Assembly (NCBI RefSeq): GCF_032062105.1
Contig: NW_026933830.1
Location: forward strand, 186,001-250,000
Direction: 5' to 3'
DNA length: 64,000 nt
Source of the DNA: Saccostrea cucullata
Lineage: Eukaryota
The position numbers and the translations under genes are program-made. Shown here piece after piece: positions 1-13,354 of this stretch. Under the pieces are notes generated by a model. The model ran no database searches and was not told the origin of the DNA. It saw nothing but the letters and a program-made list of their open reading frames with translations. Positions within the stretch are counted from its first letter, which is position 1. Each line of letters opens with the position of its first letter.

Positions 1-318
1 ATAAAATTAGGGCTGTTGTAAAACAGAGAAGGTAAATTCAGGGCTGTCGTAATACAGAGAAGGTAAAATCAGAGCTGTCGTAAAACAGAGAAGGTAAAAT
101 CAGGGCTGTCGTAAAACAGAGAAGGTAAAATCAGGGCTGTCGTAAAACAGAGAAGGTAAAATCAGGGCTGCCGTAAAACAGAGAAGGTAAATCAGAGAAG
201 ATAAAATTAGGCCTGTCGTAAAACAGAGAAGGTAAAAATCAGGGCTGTCGTAAAACAGAGAAGGTAAAATCAGGGCTGTAGTAAAACAGAGAAAGTAAAA
301 TCAGGGCTGTCTTAAAAC
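1..318 (+). repeat. 31-bp minisatellite (cagggctgtcgtaaaacagagaag|gtaaaat), about 10 copies, donor-like
   Basis: Directly visible tandem unit; continues off the left edge of the window. Confidence 0.9.
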
Positions 319-526
319 ATACACAGCTTATATTGTGGTGTACTAACCAGTCAATATCTACATCCTTTGAAAATACAGTGTATTAATTGTACATCAAGTG
401 AAGCATTTATCATCTTTGTGAAACTTAATATTCTACAGAGGTAGAAAATATCCAAATAACAAACATTTCTACTATTTATTTATAGAATGTTTTGATATTT
501 GTCTACACTGGTTTCATTTATTCCAG

Positions 527-3500
527 CTGAACCAGGAGGCAGAGAGAAACTTGGAGAGGTTCCTGAAAACTCTGCCTCCAGAGAAAAAACAACAGTTTTT
601 ATCTGCCAAGAGTGTTAAATCAGCTAAAAAAGCCATCTCTGAGGTAATATTACCAGCAGCAGTAAAATGTAGGAGTGGTGTGGCAGCAGCAGTTGCATAC
701 ACAAGTCATTTGTCAATTTTATAGCATTTTTATATCACTTCAACAAAGTTTGGGAAGCTTATGTGATACCCTTGGCGTCGGCGTCGGCATCCCAGGTTAA
801 GGTTTTTGGGGCATTTTTCTTTTTATGTACTTTTGTGGCCTATTTTTATCAGACATGCATGGAAGATGCTTCTAGTGTGTTTTATGGTACCAGACATGGT
901 TCAGATACTCTAAATTTCAGCAAAGGAATGACCAAGTTAATGTTTCTGTAGCAGATAAACATTTTTGGTGCAGTTTTTGTGTAGGTCTCACTTCCAAGTA
1001 ACTATGAGCCCTATGATGACCTAAGTTGCATGGATGATACACTTCCAGGCGTATTGCTTCAGATGCTGGATCTGATCCTCATTTTCCAGACGAACAAGCA
1101 GGTTAATGTTTTTTTGGTGCATGTCTCACTTGCAGGGGTGTTACATCTAAGGATGCATACTACCAGGCTTGCTTCAGATGCTGTATCTAATGTAAATTTT
1201 ACAGATGTGTGAACAGGTTCAAGTTTTTGGTGCAGATGTGATTTCCCAGGGAATTATAAGCCTTATAATGACCAGGCTTGCTTCAGATGCTGGATCTAAT
1301 TTACATTTTTCGGATGAGTGAACAGGTTAAAGATTTTTCTACAGGTTTCATTTCCCAAGTAAATATAAACAGTATGTTGACAAAACTTGCATGGGTGATA
1401 CATCTAAGGATGCATACTACCAGGCTTGCTTCAGATGCTGGATCTGACTTCAATTTTACAGATGAGTGAACAGGTCAAAGTTTTATGATCCTAAAGCTAA
1501 TGATCCTGACTGACTTTGTTGAGGGTTTTTTCTGTTTTCTATCTTGATAAAAACAAAACAAAACAAAACAATACCATAAATATCTTCATTGTAATTGAGA
1601 AGAGCTTTTTTTTTTATTTTCAGTTTGATGATGCTCCAAAGATACACCAGTAAGTGTACACATCTCTTGATTTAAATCAGGTTTTCTTGTTACATCATTG
1701 TGAATTAAAATTTGATCATCTCTGACATCTGATAGAAATTAATCAGGATAAAAACTAGTGAGTAAATTTATATCTTCTGTGTTGCAGAGCAAATGGCTAT
1801 AATATTTTCACCAAAGCAAATAGAGACGAAGACCCGAAAATAAGTTTTAAAGAAATTGCGGAAAAGTGGAAACAGCTTTCAGAGGGAGAACGGAAAACAT
1901 ATACAGAGGAAGCTAAGAAGGTAATCAAGCTAGCTCATAAAATCAGAGCGAGAATGGCAGAAATAAACAGAGGAAGCCAAGAAGGTAATGAATCTTACTT
2001 ATTAAATCAGAGTCAGAATGGCAGAAATATACAGAGGAAGACAAGAAAGTAAACAAGCTAGCTCGTTCAATCTTTTGTAACATACAGGTATTGCTATTGC
2101 ATGTGATGAGGATTCATGAGCACTATACGTTACAGACCAATAATTTGACTTCATCAAGTTTGGTTTATGTATTGGGATTAAGATCTACTTGTATTGTTTG
2201 TTTTGTTTTTTTTTTAGGTCAATGAGCAGTCCAGACTGGAATTCGAAACATACAGACAAAATCTGACACCAGAGAAGCAGGCCAGATTCAACAAAGAGTT
2301 TGAGGTAAGACTGTAGGGTAAAAGACTGATAGGGACACAAGCTGTAACTGATAAAGATACAAGCTGTCAATGATGAGGACACAAGCTGTTACTGATAGGG
2401 ACACAAGCTGTTAGTGATAGAGACAAGCTTTTACTGATAGGGACACAAGCTGTTACTGATAGAGACACAGGCTATTAATGATAGGGAAATAAGCTGTTAC
2501 TGATAGGTACACAAGCTGTTACTGATAGGGACACAAGCTGTTACTGATGGAGACACAAGCTGTCACTGATAGGGACACAAGCTGTTACTAATAGGGACAC
2601 AAGCTGTTACTAATAGAGACACAAGCTGTTACTGATAGGGGCACAAGCTGTTACTCTGTTACTGATAGGGACACAATCTGTTACTGATAAAGACACAAGC
2701 TGTTACTGATAGGGACACAAGCTGTTACTGATAGGGACACAACCTATTACTGATCGGGGCACTAGCTATTACTGATAGGGGAACAAGCTGTTACTGATAA
2801 AGACACAGTATGTTACTGATAAAGACACAATATGTTACTGATAGGTACACAAGCTGTTACTGATAGGGACACAAGCTGTTACTGATAGGGACACAAGCTG
2901 TTACTGATAGGAACACAAGCTGTTACTGATAGGTACACAAGCTGTTACTGATAGAGACACAAGCTGTTACTGATAGGGACACAAGCTGTTAAAAATTATT
3001 ATTTAAACAGCACACAAAATGTTGTATCCATTGGGATGTCAATGAGTAAGGCAATCCTAGGGTGAGTTGTTTTCAGGGGATAGAGGTTGCAATGTCTGTA
3101 CCCTTATACATTCAGTGTGATAGATTAAAGAATAGAAAACATTCAGATGAATTATAAGGTCTTTGAACTTTGATCATATTCATCTTAACCTACTGTGAAA
3201 TCACAAATTTTCGTGAAGGTCTAAATTTTGTTGTTTTTGAGGTATGATGAGACCAACGAATTCATGTCCATCACGGAATGTAAAATCTTACATACAAGGT
3301 AATCATTAATTTTTGATCCACGAAATCAAATCCCCACAAACCAAGAGATTTTCTCCAAACCACAAAAATTTGACCCCACGAATATATGTGATTTTAGAGT
3401 ATATATATAAAGAGGGTAAGTGTATTACACACACTGATTCACCATATTCAGCAATCTGATGTATTCTATACTTTTTTTTTCATAAACAGAAAAACATCAA

Positions 3501-6500
3501 AAGAGTCAGTGAAAGTCAGAGGCCTAAGATTCCCAAGCCAAAGCCACCCCCCAAACTTAAAGAGAGGGAATTAAAGAAGGCCGAGATTCAGTACATGAAG
3601 GAGGAGAAGGCAGAGGCAGTGAGAGAGAACCCAGACACGGATGAGGACGATATTATGTTAAGATTGTCTGAGGCATTCCGCTCCCTACCGTATAAAGAAC
3701 AGGTGAGTGTGAGGCATTCTGTAGCTTATAATACTAAGAACAGATGAGTGTGAGGCGTTCTGTAGCTTATAATACTAAGAACAGGTGAGTGTGAGGTGTT
3801 CTGTAGCTTATAATACAAAGAACAGGTGAGTGTGAGGCGTTCTGTAGCTTAAAATACAAAGAACAGGTGAGTGTGAGGCATTCTGTAGCTTATAATACTA
3901 AGAACAGGTGAGTGTGAGGCATTCTGTAGCTTATAATACAAAGAACAGGTGAGTGTGAGGTGTTCTATAGCTTATAATACAAAGAAGAGGTGAGTGTGAG
4001 GCGTTCCGCTCCCTTCCATACAAAGAACAGGTGAGTGTGAGGTGTTCTGTAGCTTATAATACAAAGAACAGGTGAGAGTGAGGTGTTCTGTAGCTTATAA
4101 TACAAAGAACAGGTGAGTGTGAGGTGTTCTATAGCTTATAATACAAAGAACAGGTGAGTGTGAGGCGTTCCGCTCCCTACCGTACAAAGAACATGTGAGT
4201 GTGAGGTGTTCTGTAGCTTATAATACAAAGAACAGGTGAGAGTGAGGTGTTCTGTAGCTTATAATACAAAGAACAGGTGAGTGTGAGGTGTTCTATAGCT
4301 TATAATACAAAGAACAGGTGAGTGTGAGGCGTTCCGCTCCCTACCGTACAAAGAACATGTGAGTGTGAGGTGTTCTGTAGCTTATAATACTAAGAACAGG
4401 TGAGTGTGAGGTGTTCTATAGCTTATAATACAAAGAACAGGTGAGTGTGAGGTGTTCTATAGCTTATAATACAAAGAACAGGTGAGTGTGAGGCGTTCTG
4501 TAGCTTATAATACAAAGAACAGGTGAGTGTGAGGCGTTCTGTAGCTTATAATACAAAGAACAGGTGAGTGTGAGGCGTTCCACTCCCTACCGTACAAAGA
4601 ACATGTGAGTGTGAACTTATAATACTAAGAACAGGTGAGTGTGAGGTGTTCTATAGCTTATAATACAAAGAACAGGTGAGTGTGAGGTGTTCTATAGCTT
4701 ATAATACAAAGAACAGGTGAGTGTGAGGCGTTCCGCTCCCTACCGTACAAAGAACAGGTGAGTGTGAGGTGTTCTATAGCTTATAATACAAAGAACAGGT
4801 GAGTGTGAGGTGTTCTATAGCTTATAATACAAAGAACAGGTGAGTGTGAGGTGTTCCGCTCCCTTCCATACAAAGAACAGGTGAGTGTGAGGTGTTCTGT
4901 AGCTTATAATACAAAGAACAGGTGAGTGTGAGGCCTTTTGCTCCCTACCGTACAAAGAACAGGAGAGTGTGAGGTGTTCTGTAGCTTATATTACAAAGAA
5001 CAGGTGAGTGTGTGAGGCGTTCTGTAGCTTATAATACAAAGAACAGGTGAGTGTGAGGTGTTCCGCTCCCTTCCATACAGAGTACAGGTGAGTGTGAGGT
5101 GTTCTATAGCTTATAATACAAAGAACAGGTGAGTGTGAGGTGTTCTGTAGCTTATAATACTAAGAACAGGTGAGTGTGAGGTGTTCTATAGCTTATAATA
5201 CAAAGAACAGGTGAGTGTGAGGTGTTCTATAGCTTATAATACAAAGAACAGGTGAGTGTGAGGCGTTCCGCTCCCTTCCATACAAAGAACAGGTGAGTGT
5301 GAGGTGTTCCGCTCCCTTCCATACAAAGAACAGGTGAGTGTGAGGTGTTCTATAGCTTATAATACAAAGAACAGGTGAGTGTGAGGTGTTCTGTAGCTTA
5401 TAATACTAAGAACAGGTGAGTGTGAGGCGTTCTGTAGCTTATAATACAAAGAACAGGTGAGTGTGAGGCGTTCTGTAGCTTATATTACAAAGAACAGGTG
5501 AGTGTGTGAGGCGTTCTGTAGCTTATATTACAAAGAACAGGTGAGTGTGTGAGGTGTTCTGTAGCTTATATTACAAAGAACAGGTGAGTGTGAGGTGTTC
5601 TGTAGCTTATAATACAAAGAACAGGTGAGTGTGAGGCGTTCTGTAGCTTTTATTACAAAGAACATTTACAGCTAAAGTAGTCTCAAAAAGTTTCAAAATA
5701 AGGTGTTAGGTCCACTCATTCTTTCTCCTGATATTATCTCGCCAGACTGTCTGTGTTCAGTTTAAACTCTGATCAGATTCAGCCCCTGTATCCCCGTGCC
5801 ATAAGAATATGAAAAGACATGACTACCACTGTCTCAAATTGCTCATTGTTCATTGCAGGCAGAGTATCTCAGAAAATATGAGGCGGAAGCCAATGAGCAG
5901 AAGAAAATTACTGAGTTTTAGTAAGTATACATGTTATTATTTAATGTAAGTAATCTAAGGTTCTTAGATGTGTCCTGTGTAAAGCTCTAACAACCAGTTG
6001 ATAAATCTATAATGTAATATTAGTTATAATAAATGCCTACACTACAGAAAATGTTTATACATCTAATATTTATATGCTAAGGAATGGAAAAAACATGGAA
6101 ATTTTGAATAAGGTTAAGATGCTTTTCTTGCATTCTAAAAGGTTTATGATAATAGGACAATATTTTAAGGGTGTATCATGTGGGCCCTTTATTATCTGAT
6201 TTTATGCCGTATATTTTACTTTTATTGACTTTTTCCTTTCATTTTTTGGCAGCAAGAGTAAGCACATTGACTCTCCAAACCCACCCAAGGTACTGATTTA
6301 AAAAAAATGGAAAAATATATTTACCATGTTTACTCTTTTATTAAATATATTTACCATTTTTACTCTTTTATCAAAGGATATGCTTATCAAACTTTGTCTT
6401 GGCAGTATCCTTTTTTTTTTTCAATAAAGTTCTTCTTTCATTAATCAATAGATTTACTAAGTTATCACAAATAAAATGCAATGAGTATGTAAATTAAAAT

Positions 6501-9500
6501 TATAAAAACTACATTTTAAAATTAAAGCAAACTGCAGAATTTCAATAAAAGATGCAACAAAAAATAGGAGGGTATTCAAGAGAAAAGGCATCAAAACTTT
6601 ATTAAATAATTGAGAAAATGTATTTAAAAAAAAAAAAAAAAAAATTATTAAAAAAAATTATTTGTACAAAGGTTAAAGCATGATTGTTCTTTTACCAGGA
6701 AAAGAAGCCTCATTCCTCAGGGAAAGCACTCAAGTCAGATGACTTGTCAGTGAAGAAGATCGTCAGAGAGGAGAGTGATTCGAGTTCTAGTTCTGACGAC
6801 TCCTCAGAGGAGGAAGAAGTCACCGCGAAAAAACTATCACAGACATCACCGAAAAAATCAACTCCAGCCAAAAAATCCATACTGATGTCACCTAGTGTTA
6901 AGGTAAGAATCGAATCAAGGCCACACCAGGCCTTAAAGTAAGAACAAGGGCTGCTAGCTTGAATGTTTGTGCTTGTTGCAAATTAAAAATACATGACATC
7001 ACACTTAAATCTTCAACATTCAAATTTGTTAGCACAAACTTTATTCATTGGGCTTTAAGCGAAATAATGGTAAACTGACGTGTTTTAAAGTTCTGAGGAC
7101 CCTAGCTTTTATCACTGTACCTAAAATTACAGTATTCTTTAAAAGTAAAGATTTATTGTTTCCATCACTGTATAGAATGGTTGTTGCGGCAGCGTTTTTC
7201 TTTATTTTGAATTTCTTACTATTAGATTTTTTCTTTAGATGAATCGGAGGAAATCAGAGAGCAGCAGTTCTGAGTCAGACTCCGAGTCTTCAGATGATGA
7301 CAAAGACAAGAAGAAGAGGGAGATGTCACCAGTCCTCCCTGTTATTGTATGTATAGCTCGTAGAAAGGAACATTTAGTTTTTCCTCTTGACCAATCATAG
7401 ATTTGCTAACATTTTCTTTGACCAACCAGATTGCATATTATAAAGCATGTGTAACTGTGAATGTAAACATGGCAGATGCCAGTGCAGTTCCAAAGAGACT
7501 GAACTTCCTTCTTTAGTATATACAGTAGTTGAGTATTATTGTTTAGTAACATTGTTGTTCATTTTTAGCTCACCTCGACGAGTCGAGATGAGCTTATGCT
7601 ATATCCCTGGCGTTGGCGTCGGCGTTCCAGGTTAAGTTTTAGGAGCAAGTCCATACCCAAGTAACTATAAGCCCTACCTGAACCAAACTTGCATGGATGA
7701 TGCATCTAGGGGTGGACACTACCAGACTTGCTTCGTATGCTGGATCTGACCTATATTTTCATTCCCAAGTAACTATAAGCCCTACCTGAACCAAACTTGC
7801 ATGGATGATGCATCTAGGGATGGACACTACCAGACTTGCTTCGGATGCTGGATCTGATCTATATTTTCCATACAAGAAACCAGGTTAAAGTTTTGGGTAC
7901 AGATCAATCCCAATGAACTTGAAGTCCTTGTTTACACTATACATGTTTTTCATGCTACACGCGTAGAAATGTGTATATGCCATGTAAGGGGTTAAACACA
8001 ACTTGCAAGAATATTGTTGTTGGGATAAATACTAAAAATTAAGAAAATATGATGTGAGATTTGCATTACTTACACTGATAACATTTGTCGAGGTGAGCTT
8101 CATAATCTTTGATTACCTATGCTTAAACAATTGTTAAGCTGTTACAAAATAATTATAATGTTTTGTTACACATGAGTATTAATATTGGATGCTGACAAGA
8201 GCTAAGGTATCAAACATTTTGTAAAATCCCTGCTTGAAGTTTGTTAGGTGCAACATGTAGCAACTAATAATTAGATAGGTGCTATTGCCCTTTAGACAGG
8301 TGCTATATAAAGCTTTACTTATACAACCCTTTTATCTAATTTCAGAAGCAGAGTCCACGACAACCAAGCAGCCCAGCAAATAGACAACCCAGCAGCCCAA
8401 GGAAGAGGAAACCTTCTACGTCCTCCTCTTCCTCCTCTTCTTCTTCTTCCAGTGAGGAGGATGAGGGAAGTAAAACAGTTGTGAAGGTAACACAGACATG
8501 TTTAATCAAAGTTTTCAGATTTAACAAAAATTTCAAAAGATTTCTTAAAGTTAAGATATGACATTAAATATATTAACGAAAAAACTGCCCCCTATTAGCA
8601 ATTATAGAAGTATCTGGGGCGGTTAATAGGGATTTTACAGAATAAAGCCTTTATCTATATGACATGTTTATCTAATATCAGGGGAAGAGTCCACAAAAGC
8701 CCAGCACACCCAGGAAGAGGAAACCTTTTTCTTCTTCCAGTGAGGAGGATAAGGGAAACGAAACAGTTGTCAAGGTAACCAGACATGTTTAATCAAGGTT
8801 TTCAGACTTTACAAAAATTTCATTGAAGACCTGAGCAGACATATACAGTGGAGCCTCATTTATCCGGACGCTTTGGTTCCTAATCAATTTGTCCGGGTAT
8901 GTGAAGCATCCGGATATCTGAATTACCAGTTAATCAAGACAATATATTAAGTTTTAAAAATTCCGTTCCCATGAAAAGTCGTCCGGATACTGAAGCATCT
9001 GGATATCTGAAGGTCCACTGTACTTAAGCTACATTGTCTATTGGACAGGTGCTATACCGGAAAATTCCTATTAAACACCTTCTAGGTCTTTTTCTATTGT
9101 CAGGAAATAAGGTCCCCATGTACAGTGAATAAAATCATCTAGCATTGAAAGTCCGCCATAATTTGACGAAAGTGAAAATGAAACTTGGTTATTGAGTAAC
9201 TTGGTTATTGAGTAACTCATGCTTGAAGTATTCCTGAAAGTTTAAGATTTTTATAACAACCTTATCATAATGTATTTTTGAAAGTGAAAATTACCTACAA
9301 AATTCGTTCTCCTTATTTTATTCTATATTTATTATATATTAGGTATAAAGCCTTTATCTACCGGTATATGACACATTTATCAAATATCATGGGCAGAATA
9401 TAGAGATTTTAAGGTATAAAGCCTTTATCTATATGACACGTTTATCTAATATCATGGGCAGAATATAGAGATTTTAAGGTATAAAGCCATTATCTATATG

Positions 9501-12500
9501 ACACGTTTATCTAATATCAGGTGAATAGTCCACAAAAACCCAGCACACCCAGGAAGAGGAAACACTCTTCTTCCTCCTCCTCTTCTTCTTCCAGTGAGGA
9601 GGAAGAGGGAAATAAAACTGTTGTCAAGGTAACCAGACATGTTTAATCAAGGATTTCAGAATTACGAAAATTTTGTAAAAGACCAAGCCTACAAGTACAT
9701 GTTAAGTGTGTAGGAAAAGAAGTACCGTAATTTTTGGGTTATAGGTCGATGGGGTATATAGGTCGAAAGGCTCATTTTCAGCCTTAATTTTTGAAAAATT
9801 CTAAGATAGGACGAACTTACTATATAGGACGAGGCTTTGTTTCCCGTTTTCTAAAGATTCTTACGCAGATACAACGTATCAGAACAGGTAAACCCCTAGA
9901 ATTACCGGGGTTATTCCGTGACATAAACGTATCAAGAAATTAAACAGGTATTTTAATGAGTACAGAATTTAAATAAAGTTTTTTTTTTAAAAAAGTAGCT
10001 TAAACTTCTTTGAATTGTGTTACTACTTATCTTTTTCCAACTTGCCTGTTCAATGCCTCCGTAGTTTCACACCGTTGTTATAATAAATCAAAGGCATAAA
10101 TAACACGTAAGTACATTATTATTTTACAGCTATAATATTCGGGAAATACCCGAGACCAAAGAATAGTAATTCCGATTTCAGAACAACTTCGACACATTCC
10201 TGTTTACTTTATTCAGACATTATTTACCGGTGGACGACAAATACTTCGATGTCCGCCATTTTTATTTTTCTTCTCCAGGGATTCGCTAAAACACGCAAAT
10301 GACCATTGAATGTATATATCAAGCAACAGTAAAGAATTGAAATCATATTAACACTCTAATAAGTTTAATTTATAAATTTAATTGAGAGTACATTCAGAAT
10401 TTGACTGTCAACATGAATTTCACGGCTTTGTTTGTTCAATGATGTGTAACACTAATACCCTATAATGGCACGTGGGTTTGTTATAATCATGCCCCGCAGG
10501 CATTTATACCAACTGAACACAGGTGTTACACCTTTGTGTACACAGTGTAAATCCCTTTATCTTTCAGACAATTAAATTCTGTTAGAAGCCAATCTTTGCA
10601 TGCCGGTAATTCAATGTAAATTATATTTCTGTGACCCGTATTTATTGCTAATTCTTTGCTTAAGACAATAAAAAAATATTTTTAATATACTATTTCAATT
10701 TATCGCTACTAATAAATGGTAAAAACACTACAGTTGTGATCTTGAAAATTTTTCCGTATTTTAAATTTTGATACGGTTGCGGTTTTACTTTTAGTAAACG
10801 GTAGCGACTTCCTAACTTCACAAGATGTATACCGCATGATGTTAATGGATAATACGCTGAGGAATTATTTAACAGGTCCAGGAAAATCACTATATTTACC
10901 TATATAGCTAAATCTACCTATATAGCTTTATTTACCTATAAAAAAGCTATTTTAGAGTAAATTTTTGTTTTATAAAATGCAGACAAAAAGTCGCATTATG
11001 AGGCAGTATTAGTTTTCAACTTTAAAATGGACTGAAAACAATTCACCAAAGACCCACTCCTAAAAATGTTTCTCCTATTGTGCAATTGCAATCAAAGATC
11101 TAAAAGTTTTGGGGCTATGTGTAACAGTTAAACTGTGATTAAGCAGCTACTTTAACAAAGAAAAGCAGTTTTGGTCAACAAGATAATTGATTGGTAATAA
11201 TTCAGCACAATGCAAGGTAATCACACTTAGTCATGCCTCACCGCACTTCCAGTGAGCCTTGAGTGAGGGACAGCTATCCAAACAATAGAAATGCATTTTT
11301 TGGCTAAAAAGTGTTTGAGGCAACGTTTTTCCTATCTATGCCCTAGGTTGTTTTTATCAAACCTTGTTAAAAAAATATCAGCCATTATTTTCATGCGACT
11401 TTTTGTCTGCTTTTCACAAAATAGAAACTTATTCTAAAATAGCTAAATAAAGCTATATTTTATAGGTAAATAAAGCTATATAGGTAGATTTAGCTATATA
11501 GGTAAATATAGTGATTTTCCTGGACCTGTTTAATAGATGAAGCAATGTTGTTTTCTTTTGTCATCAACGGATAATTAATGGAATTTATTTTGTAAGAAAG
11601 CTATAGAATAAATATTTTATTGTTTACCTGGGCATTAATTTTTCTGCGTAAAATAATGAAAAAAGTTATGAAAGTGGCACAGATTTGCTTTGAAATTGAC
11701 GTAAATTTTATTGATTTTGGGGCATTTTTCGTAAACTTGAGCCTTAGAAAGGTCGAATTCGTATATTGGGCGACCCCAGCGGTTCTGAGAAAAAAAGTAT
11801 CGACCTATAACCCGAAAATTACGGTATATTGATTTAAAAGAGGATAAATAGTCATTTGTATAATTCTTAGTTTTTAAGTAAATACACAATCTAGGGGCAA
11901 CACAAACCAGTATTTATATTTCATTACCTCCCACTGCATATGTTGATCATTTTTCAGAAAAGTCCGAAGAAGATTGTATCACCTCGAAAGAAAATGTTCT
12001 CCTCTGTCTCTGAGGACGAAACTGACGACACCTCAGAGAACGACAAAAAGGATAAACAGGGCTCCCTGAAGGTAGATAACACTTCCAGTGTGAAGACTAC
12101 CCCCTTCATCTAATCCTAATCCAAGGCTTGGGACTTTCAGAATTTTTATACCCCCCGCAAACGAAGTTTGGGGGGGTATATAGGAATCACCTTGTCCGTC
12201 TGTCCGTCTGTCTGTGCAAACGTGTCCGGTCCATATCTTTCTTATGGAGGGACATTAGAATCTACTACTCCACACAAAGATTGCCCATGACCTAAGGGTG
12301 TCATGACCTTGACCCAAGGTCATTTGGGGAAGTTCAAGGTCACTGGAAGAAAAAGTTCATAATTCGTGTCCGGTCCATATCTTTCTTAAGGATAAACTTG
12401 GTAGGTTTTCATTTCACACAAAGATTGCCCATGACCCAAGGGTATGTCATGACCTTGACCCAAGGTCATTTGGGGAAGTTCAAGGTCACAGGAAGAAAAA

Positions 12501-13349
12501 GTTCATAATTCTTTCCGGTCCATATCTTTTTTGTGGATAAACTTGGTAGGTTCTCATTTCACACAAAGATTGCCCATGACCCAAGGGTATGTCGTGACCT
12601 TGACCCAAGGTCATTTGGGGAATTTCAAGGTCACTGGAAGAAAAATTTCATAATTCATGTGTGATACATATCTTTATTATGGAAAAACTTACTTCTGAAA
12701 AAACCCGGCGGGGGGTATTTTGTCCCGTTTGGACAGTTCTAGTTTTTTCTACATGTATATTGGCCCCATATTTTGGAGATTTTTTTTTTTATTTTAAAGA
12801 TCAAATCTGTTGCTGGTTTTAAATTTGTAAACAATTAATTTAATTCAATTGTAAAACATCTGCATAAAAATATCATTCAAAAAGTATTTTTTTTAAGTTT
12901 AATACATATTTTAGATTAAGGTGAGAAGAAAGTTATTCTTAAGGTTTCACTCTGTCAGTCCTTATTTGTAAATTTCTAAGATTACCCGCCGGGACATTTT
13001 TTTTCTTCACATAATGTTCCTGTATATATCAAGATAAAAATGTAGCCAATTGTAATCTGAATTGTTTGGAAAGTTTCTAACTCATACATTTGTAAAATTT
13101 GACTGAATAAATTTTGTAGAATTATCCTACATTGATTTCCATTGTACAGTAAATTTCATTCTTATTTCTTAAGAATTTTGGGACAGCTGTTTAGTTGGGT
13201 TTTTTTGTCTTGGTCCTCTCTTTATACTGAATTTCTCTCAATTCCAGTCTCCTTTTCCTCAGAAGATGAAAACAACAAGCAGCCTTAAGGCTCTCAAAAA
13301 GAAGAAGTCCAAGTCAAACTCTGGGAAGGGAATCCCCCAAACCTTATAG
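527..13349 (+). CDS. Multi-HMG-box protein, UBF/nucleolar transcription factor 1-like; 5' end lies outside the window; Ser/acidic/Lys-rich C-terminal tail
   Basis: Phase-consistent GT-AG exons: 527-643, 1624-1649, 1788-1920, 2218-2304, 3490-3702, 5859-5920, 6253-6289, 6699-6902, 7239-7346, 8346-8486, 8682-8774, 9521-9628, 11958-12071, 13248-13349 (TAG). The spliced peptide FDDAPKIHQANGYNIFTKANRDEDPKISFKEIAEKWKQLSEGERKTYTEEAKK is an HMG box resembling UBF P(K)..NGY..F. A second degenerate box reads ...VRENPDTDEDDIMLRLSEAFRSLPYKEQAEYLRKYE. The tail has SSSSDDSSEEEE tracts. Inclusion of 8682-8774 and 9521-9628 is not proven. Confidence 0.8.
745..1490 (+). mobile_element. Truncated copy of the HINE-like family
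   Basis: caacaaagtttgggaagcttatgtgataccc, GGCGTC repeats and degenerate internal units; termini are lost. Confidence 0.7.
2328..2990 (+). repeat. 22-bp minisatellite (gctgttactgatagggacacaa), about 30 copies
   Basis: Tandem array beginning about 25 bp after the donor at 2305. Confidence 0.95.
3191..3401. mobile_element. MITE
   Basis: Imperfect TIRs tactgtgaaatcacaaattttcgtg / cacgaatatatgtgattttagagta. Confidence 0.6.
3670..5663 (+). repeat. 41-bp splice-donor minisatellite, about 48 copies
   Basis: Unit gtgagtgtgaggcgttctgtagcttataatacaaagaacag; variant units carry the exonic ccgctccctaccgtacaaagaacag. Confidence 0.95.
7562..8121 (+). mobile_element. Short related HINE-like element
   Basis: tttttagctcacctcgac...gtcgaggtgagct followed by a taatc-ttt-gatta hairpin; about 2 internal units. 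Confidence 0.75.
8846..9020. mobile_element. Small Tc1/Tigger-like MITE
   Basis: TA|cagtggagcctcatttatccgga...ggatatctgaaggtccactg|TA; second copy at 49209-49395. Confidence 0.8.
9725..11824. mobile_element. 2.1-kb non-autonomous DNA transposon (pogo/Tc1-like)
   Basis: TIRs ccgtaatttttgggttataggtcga / tcgacctataacccgaaaattacgg with TA target-site duplication. Confidence 0.8.
10873..11528. mobile_element. Long-TIR MITE nested in the 9725-11824 element
   Basis: Near-perfect TIR caggtccaggaaaatcactatatttacctatatagctaaatctacc... extending more than 100 bp; TTTAA on both flanks. Confidence 0.85.
12143..12743 (+). mobile_element. HINE-like element of a different family with internal tandem units (about 170 bp)
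   Basis: Subterminal inverted repeats ataccccccgc / gcgggggggtat, GTCC/GTCT microsatellite, three tgaccttgacccaaggtca units, T-rich flanks. Confidence 0.75.
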
Positions 13350-13354
13350 AATCA

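Noticed and set aside
763-1469. Short ORFs at 763, 1030, 1278 (and 29172, 29439)
   Set aside because: They lie within HINE internal satellite units and show no transposase or helicase motifs.
3703-5663. CRISPR-like appearance of regularly spaced repeats (also 49520-50075 and 13355-14005)
   Set aside because: No unique spacers, no cas genes, and a eukaryotic intronic context; these are head-to-tail minisatellites.
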